From Bdellovibrionia bacterium (GTDB lineage: Bacteria > Bdellovibrionota > UBA1018), in contig JBMSSC010000075.1 of NCBI GenBank assembly GCA_049424145.1, positions 1 to 13,335 on the forward strand: 13,335 bases of DNA. The letters run 5' to 3'. The position numbers and the translations under genes are program-made. Under the pieces are notes generated by a model. That model searched no databases and had not been told where the DNA came from. It saw only the letters and a program-made list of their open reading frames with translations. Each line of letters starts with the position of its first letter. Positions within the stretch are counted from its first letter, which is position 1. Below are positions 8,728 to 13,335 of the stretch, piece after piece.

Positions 8728-9951
8728 ATGACCCTGATTTTCCCCCGCGGTATTGACCCCAACCTTCTAGTCTCCCAAGTCAAAAACACGATGCCTTATC
8801 TATGGGATGAGCGCCGAGTGCACCTGGGCTGGGAGCGCACCACCCCAGGCCTCCGACCCATGGACGTCATTCTCCGCCAAGTAGAAAACCCCGAGCGCTC
8901 CCTCACGCACGTTGAGTACTTTGAGCTCTGCCTCAGTGCTCACTACTTAAGCTGTGCTACCCCGGTTCCCACCGACGTGGATCGCCAGATTCGCTTCAAA
9001 CTCTGGCCCGAGAATCTCCCCGAGGAAATGGCCTTGGAGATGACTCAGATCGTCTTAGACAGTCGGCACTGGGATTTTACAAAAACCTCACGTCGCCACC
9101 TCTTTGGAGCCACTGAGAGCCCTTGGGAGCACCAGGGACTCTTCGGGCACCTGGGCGAATGGTTCACCGTCAGCACGGCAGCTTATTGCGCCTTAAGGCG
9201 CTCTGCTCAAAACACAACGCAGTCCAAAAGCCGCTTAGAAGCAGCGCAGGAGCAACTTTTTCAGGCAATCTCCTGCGAAGTGGAAACCGAAGCACAGATC
9301 TTTGGCTCCCTCTGGCGCGCTCGTGATGGGATCGGTTGCCTCAAAGCCTCCGCTCTGATTGCCCATAACCTAGGAGATCTCAACCGGGTCATGCAAATGT
9401 GGGAACTCCCCCAAGACGATCCCCTCTACCGCGAACACGGGGAGCTCACCAGCAAGCCCTTTGACTCGCACGGCAAACTGCGCCACCAAGGCAGACTCTG
9501 GGCTGCAGGAGAACTGTATAAAGCGCCCATTGAAGGGAGCTCCATGGCCTCAGAAAACCACCGGCACTTTGCCTTAAGAAAGCCCCGGATCTTGCGCGAA
9601 CACCCGGACTTCTTAATTCCCTTAGGCCCATTTTTTGACGACTGGGGACACACCCTGAGTGCCGCATTAGGACGCTTAAGCGCCGACCCCAAGCAGGCTC
9701 TTGATGGGGCGGGATCCGTCATCGAAGCCTTAGGCCTGGGCCTAGTGAAACTCCCGGGAACCTGGGGATACGCTCGAGCCTTAAGGGCTCTACTTGAGGC
9801 ATTCCCGCAGGCCGCCTCCACTCTACCTCCTACCTTGAACTCACACCCTCAGTGGAAAAAAACAAAGAAAACCCCTCAGGATCGCTTTGAGAGTCTCTGG
9901 GCCCAAGCTGCCCTCACGCACTTGGAGGAGATCCCCTCCAAAGCGCGCTAG
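8728..9951 (+). CDS. Hypothetical protein, 407 aa, predicted soluble and helical, with His/Asp/Glu motifs
   Basis: Long ORF 8 nt after the upstream stop. No signal peptide or clear TM segment. Motif-like blocks CLSAH, VPTDVD, GHLGEWF, AHNLGDL, ENHRH, PLGPFFDDWG. Function not recognised. Confidence 0.8.
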   Translation: MTLIFPRGIDPNLLVSQVKNTMPYLWDERRVHLGWERTTPGLRPMDVILRQVENPERSLTHVEYFELCLSAHYLSCATPVPTDVDRQIRFKLWPENLPEEMALEMTQIVLDSRHWDFTKTSRRHLFGATESPWEHQGLFGHLGEWFTVSTAAYCALRRSAQNTTQSKSRLEAAQEQLFQAISCEVETEAQIFGSLWRARDGIGCLKASALIAHNLGDLNRVMQMWELPQDDPLYREHGELTSKPFDSHGKLRHQGRLWAAGELYKAPIEGSSMASENHRHFALRKPRILREHPDFLIPLGPFFDDWGHTLSAALGRLSADPKQALDGAGSVIEALGLGLVKLPGTWGYARALRALLEAFPQAASTLPPTLNSHPQWKKTKKTPQDRFESLWAQAALTHLEEIPSKAR

Positions 9952-9980
9952 ACCCAGGATCCATCCTGATGACTCGCTTT

Positions 9981-10011
9981 TTTTTTAGCCCCCTGCGCTT
10001 TGGCTAAAAAA
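9981..10011. repeat. Perfect 10-bp inverted repeat upstream of the efflux genes (operator or hairpin)
   Basis: TTTTTTAGCC (9981-9990), N11, GGCTAAAAAA (10002-10011). Confidence 0.6.
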
Positions 10012-10051
10012 GTATTTCCCCAAACGCCTGAGCGCTGCCAAAATAGGGGCC

Positions 10052-11296
10052 ATGAAGATCCAAGCCCAGAGCGTGTGCTTTTTTTTAGGAATCCTGTTAC
10101 TGAGTCCCTGCGCTTGGGCTCAGCAGAGCTGCGGTCCTGAGTTTCAAGAATTTAGATCCCTGCTCAAATGCATTGAGCAGAACTCCCCTCGCATCTTAGA
10201 AGCCCAAGCCTCAAAGCATCAAGCTCAAGCCCTACCCGCGCAGGCCCGCCAGTGGATGAACCCGACCTTCAACTTAAACACCCTCTACTCCATCCCCAAC
10301 AACCCTGACGGACATCAAGTGCAGGGTTCCCTTCAATTTCCCCTCGACCTAAGCCGCATCCGTGAAAGCCGCGAGAAAAAAGCCTGGCTCGAGCAAAAAG
10401 AACTCACCCTTCATGCCTCCCTCGAATCCCAGAGTGTTCTCACCCAAAGCTACTTAGACCTCCATCGGATTCGCGAACTCACTCAACAAATTCAACTGCT
10501 CGAGGACACTCAAAAGACCCTAAAAAACCTCCTTCAAACCTTTGAGCATCGCCCGCGGCTTTCGGCCGATCAGGAGACCACGCGAGAGTCCCTCACGTTA
10601 GCCTTAGAGGAGAACAAGAACCGCCTGGAACTGGAGAAACTCGAGCAGCACAGCCTCGTGCATCACATTGAAATGGAGATCAACGCAAGTTGGAGTGGAT
10701 CCCTGGGCTCACTCCCCCCAGCACCCAGCCGCTGGCCCCGCCTTCCCACTGAGCTCAAAACGGATCAGAGTCTTCCTCTTCAGCGCGTCAAAGCCCATGC
10801 AGAAAAACAAGAACAAGCCCTTGCCGTTTTACAGGCTGAGAAAAACCCCATCCCCCTTGTGGGTCCGTACTTAGGCTACAGCACTCTTCCGGGAGCCATG
10901 GGGTTTCAAGTGGGCGTGGTGCTCACGATGCCTCTTCCCGTGGTGGAGAGCTACGCGGGAAGCCTGGAGCTTGCCAGTCGGACTTCCGCTCGCGCGCAGC
11001 TCATGGAGGCCATGGAAAAACGGAGACAGCACGGAGAAATCGAGCACAGCAAGGAAGTCTACACCCAAACCGTGGCACGGCTCACCCAGATGCAAAGTCA
11101 AGCGCTCGTCTCCCAGAGGATCGAGCGCTTAGGGCAACTTTTTTCCCAAGGACTCATCTCAGGACTAGGATTCCTCGAGGCCATGAGGCAGAACCTCCTG
11201 CTGGTTCAAAGTCACGATGAACTGGAGATCAAAGCCCTGGAGTCCTGGTGTCAGATCCAAGTGCTTCAGAACCAAATTGAGGATTGTTTTCTATGA
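10052..11296 (+). CDS. TolC/CzcC-like outer membrane efflux factor (divergent)
   Basis: Sec signal peptide (…LLLSPCAWA). Two OEP-like repeats, each with a helix, a P-containing beta-hairpin (MNPTFNL…GSLQFPLDL; PIPLVGP…GVVLTMPLPV) and long helices. Ending FSQGLISGLGFLEA is OEP-like. Its stop overlaps the RND gene start (ATGA). Confidence 0.8.
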   Translation: MKIQAQSVCFFLGILLLSPCAWAQQSCGPEFQEFRSLLKCIEQNSPRILEAQASKHQAQALPAQARQWMNPTFNLNTLYSIPNNPDGHQVQGSLQFPLDLSRIRESREKKAWLEQKELTLHASLESQSVLTQSYLDLHRIRELTQQIQLLEDTQKTLKNLLQTFEHRPRLSADQETTRESLTLALEENKNRLELEKLEQHSLVHHIEMEINASWSGSLGSLPPAPSRWPRLPTELKTDQSLPLQRVKAHAEKQEQALAVLQAEKNPIPLVGPYLGYSTLPGAMGFQVGVVLTMPLPVVESYAGSLELASRTSARAQLMEAMEKRRQHGEIEHSKEVYTQTVARLTQMQSQALVSQRIERLGQLFSQGLISGLGFLEAMRQNLLLVQSHDELEIKALESWCQIQVLQNQIEDCFL

Positions 11297-13335
11297 GCCT
11301 AAACACGATCATTCAATGGAGTGTTCACCGCAGGTGGATGATTCTTTTTCTCACCAGCTTAGGGTGTATCTGGGGTGGGATCAGCTTCTTAAGTCTACCC
11401 ATTGATGCGGTCCCGGACATCACGCCGGTTCAGGTGCAAATCAACGCCACGTCCCAGGGGCTCTCGCCTGAGGATCTCGAGTCCAAAGTCACTTATCCCA
11501 TGGAAATTGCCGTACGTGGGATTCCAGGAGTTGAGCAAATTCGATCGCTCACCAAGTTTGGCCTCTCCCAAGTGACCATCCTCTTTGATGACTCAACGGA
11601 CGTGTATCGCGCCCGGCAACTGGTCAGCGAGAAACTCCAGAACCTCAGGGAACTCCCCCCCGGCGTCACTTCGCCCACTCTCAGCCCCATCACCACGGGA
11701 CTGGGGGAGATTTTTCACTACACGATTGAAATCAAAAACCAAGAGCCCACGGAAAACACGCTCATGCAGATCCGAGAAATTCAGGACTGGATCATCAAGC
11801 CCAGGCTCTTAAGCATCCCAGGGGTGGCCGAGGTGAACACGATTGGGGGCTACAGCAGGCAGCTGCAAGTGCAACCTCAACTGAAGAAACTGGCCGCCTA
11901 TCGACTGAGTTTAAACGACCTGAAGGAGGCTCTCATCCAAGCCAATCGAAACACGGGAGGAAGCCACATCTCGGAGCACGGAAAGAGCATCCTCGTTCAA
12001 GCCACAGGGCAGTTTCAATCGATTCAGGCCATTGAGCAGCTCCCGATTAAGAGCCTTCAGAATTTAAAACCGGTTTTGATTCAAGATGTTGCCCAAGTTC
12101 GCTTTGCGGGTGCCACGCGCGTGGGCGCAGCATTGGTGCAAGGCCGAGAGGCGGTCTTAGGCACGGTCATGATGCTCTCAGGCGCCAATAGCCGAACCGT
12201 GGCCAAAGCAGTTGGGGAGCGAATCCAAGAGTTAAACAGCTCTCAGGAGCTTCCTGAAGGCGTGAGGATCACTTCCCTATACGATCGCTCGAAGCTCGTG
12301 GATGCCACTTTGAACACGGTGATTCACAACCTGGTGGTGGGAGCAACTCTGGTGATCCTCGTGCTCTTTGTTTTACTGGGCAATCTGAAGGCGGCTTTCA
12401 TCGTCTCACTCAGCATCCCTGTCACTCTGCTGCTCACGCTGGGAGCCATGAAGAGCCTTGGAATCTCAGGAAACCTCATGAGCCTAGGCGCCTTAGATTT
12501 TGGGATTATCGTAGATGGGGCCGTCATTGTGGTGGACCACTGCGTGCGCTGGATTCAGGACCGAAAAAAAACGCAGGGAATTTTAGAGAAAGTCACTGGG
12601 GCAAGCCAAGAGATTCGCAGTGCGGCAGGATTTGGGCAACTCATGATCATCCTCGTGTTTCTGCCGATCTTGGGTTTAAGCGGAGTAGAGGGAAAGATGT
12701 TTCGTCCCATGGCCGAGACGTTTTCCATTGCCTTGGGCGTTGCCCTGATTCTCTCCTTCACCTTCATCCCTGCCCTAGCAGGCTTACTCTTCTCAGACTC
12801 CGAGCGGGATCAAACCCCCAAACTCATGCACTGGATTGAGAGCCAATACGAGAGGATTCTCAAGCATGCGCTCAGAGCCCCACAACTCATTTTAGGCTCA
12901 TCGTTGGCGCTTTTACTTCTGGCTCTCTTTGGGTTTAAGCACTTAGGGGCAGAGTTCATCCCACATCTAGACGAAGGTTCCTTGGTTCTCCAACTGATCA
13001 GGCCCGTGGACATCAGTCTTTCGGCTTCTGTGGACCTGCAGGCACTCTCAGAAAAGAGAATCCTCGAGTTTGGCGCATTTCAATCCGTCTTCTCGAGAAT
13101 TGGAACGCCTGAGATTGCAACGGATCCCATGGGAGTTCATGAATCCGATACGTTCATTGAGTTGAAGCCCTCAAGCCAGTGGGTCCACGCGGGGCGTCGC
13201 TTTGAATCCAAAGGCGAGCTTGTGGAGGCCCTCTTAGAGGACCTAAAACAGGCCATCCCCGAGCAAGAGGCCTCCACCTCCCAGCCCATTCAAATGCGCT
13301 TCAATGAACTCATGACAGGCGCTAAACAAGATGTT
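11293..13335 (+). CDS. czcA: CzcA/CusA-family heavy-metal efflux RND transporter (divalent-cation, CzcA-type), 3'-truncated by window edge
   Basis: Manual translation, open for 681 codons: MSLNTIIQWSVHRRWMILFL…LPIDAVPDITPVQVQIN…RSLTKFGLSQVT…SPITTGLGEIFHY…QDWIIKPRLLSIPGVAEVNTIGG…YDRSKLV…SGNLMSLGALDFGIIVDGAVIVVDH…GVEGKMFRPMA…GAEFIPHLDEG…ATDPMG…QPIQMRFNELMTG. The DFG in TM4 marks the CzcA rather than the CusA class. Confidence 0.95.
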   Translation, partial: MSLNTIIQWSVHRRWMILFLTSLGCIWGGISFLSLPIDAVPDITPVQVQINATSQGLSPEDLESKVTYPMEIAVRGIPGVEQIRSLTKFGLSQVTILFDDSTDVYRARQLVSEKLQNLRELPPGVTSPTLSPITTGLGEIFHYTIEIKNQEPTENTLMQIREIQDWIIKPRLLSIPGVAEVNTIGGYSRQLQVQPQLKKLAAYRLSLNDLKEALIQANRNTGGSHISEHGKSILVQATGQFQSIQAIEQLPIKSLQNLKPVLIQDVAQVRFAGATRVGAALVQGREAVLGTVMMLSGANSRTVAKAVGERIQELNSSQELPEGVRITSLYDRSKLVDATLNTVIHNLVVGATLVILVLFVLLGNLKAAFIVSLSIPVTLLLTLGAMKSLGISGNLMSLGALDFGIIVDGAVIVVDHCVRWIQDRKKTQGILEKVTGASQEIRSAAGFGQLMIILVFLPILGLSGVEGKMFRPMAETFSIALGVALILSFTFIPALAGLLFSDSERDQTPKLMHWIESQYERILKHALRAPQLILGSSLALLLLALFGFKHLGAEFIPHLDEGSLVLQLIRPVDISLSASVDLQALSEKRILEFGAFQSVFSRIGTPEIATDPMGVHESDTFIELKPSSQWVHAGRRFESKGELVEALLEDLKQAIPEQEASTSQPIQMRFNELMTGAKQDV

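Noticed and set aside
9955..10011. Intrinsic terminator after the 407-aa gene
   Set aside because: The T9 tract is 9 nt from the first hairpin and forms the 5' arm of the second, so neither gives canonical hairpin-then-U geometry. Kept only as dyads.
2218..11101. Numerous 60-130 aa alternative-frame and antisense ORFs inside pmbA, PP2C, M23, secA, the hypothetical genes and the OMF
   Set aside because: Nested in or overlapping long well-supported CDSs, with no recognisable motifs; expected by chance at this GC content.
11217..13013. Short ORFs in the right-hand 2 kb
   Set aside because: Shadows of the continuous czcA frame starting at 11293.
1..13335. CRISPR arrays, tRNA/rRNA, IS/transposase, phage or defence genes
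   Set aside because: No repeat-spacer pattern, intergenic gaps are all about 100 nt or less with no cloverleaf, and no such protein motifs were seen.

Overview
Gene-dense bacterial chromosomal window. Its protein types (PrkA of the GPxGS[SA]KST kind, M23 gene upstream of secA, divergent TolC plus CzcA) suggest Bdellovibrionota/Oligoflexia or a related delta-proteobacterial lineage; this is inference only. A prkA/yeaG gene on the minus strand (1..1260, runs off the left edge) is divergent from a plus-strand run: pmbA/tldE, PP2C phosphatase, M23 peptidase, secA, a ~432-aa acidic multidomain hypothetical protein, a 407-aa His/Asp/Glu-motif hypothetical protein, a TolC/CzcC-like outer membrane factor, and a CzcA-type RND pump (11293 to the right edge). 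The two edge genes are absent from the supplied ORF track and were translated by hand. I found no RNA genes, mobile elements or CRISPR arrays. The best candidates for something undescribed are the two hypothetical genes tightly coupled behind secA. The first appears to combine a decayed Zn-ribbon, an acidic linker, an L7/L12-CTD/ClpS-like domain and a YbjQ-like domain; the second looks like a helical metalloprotein. Also notable: symmetric back-to-back promoters, a near-leaderless secA, a czcC-czcA pair with no intervening adaptor gene, and variant catalytic motifs in PrkA and CzcA.
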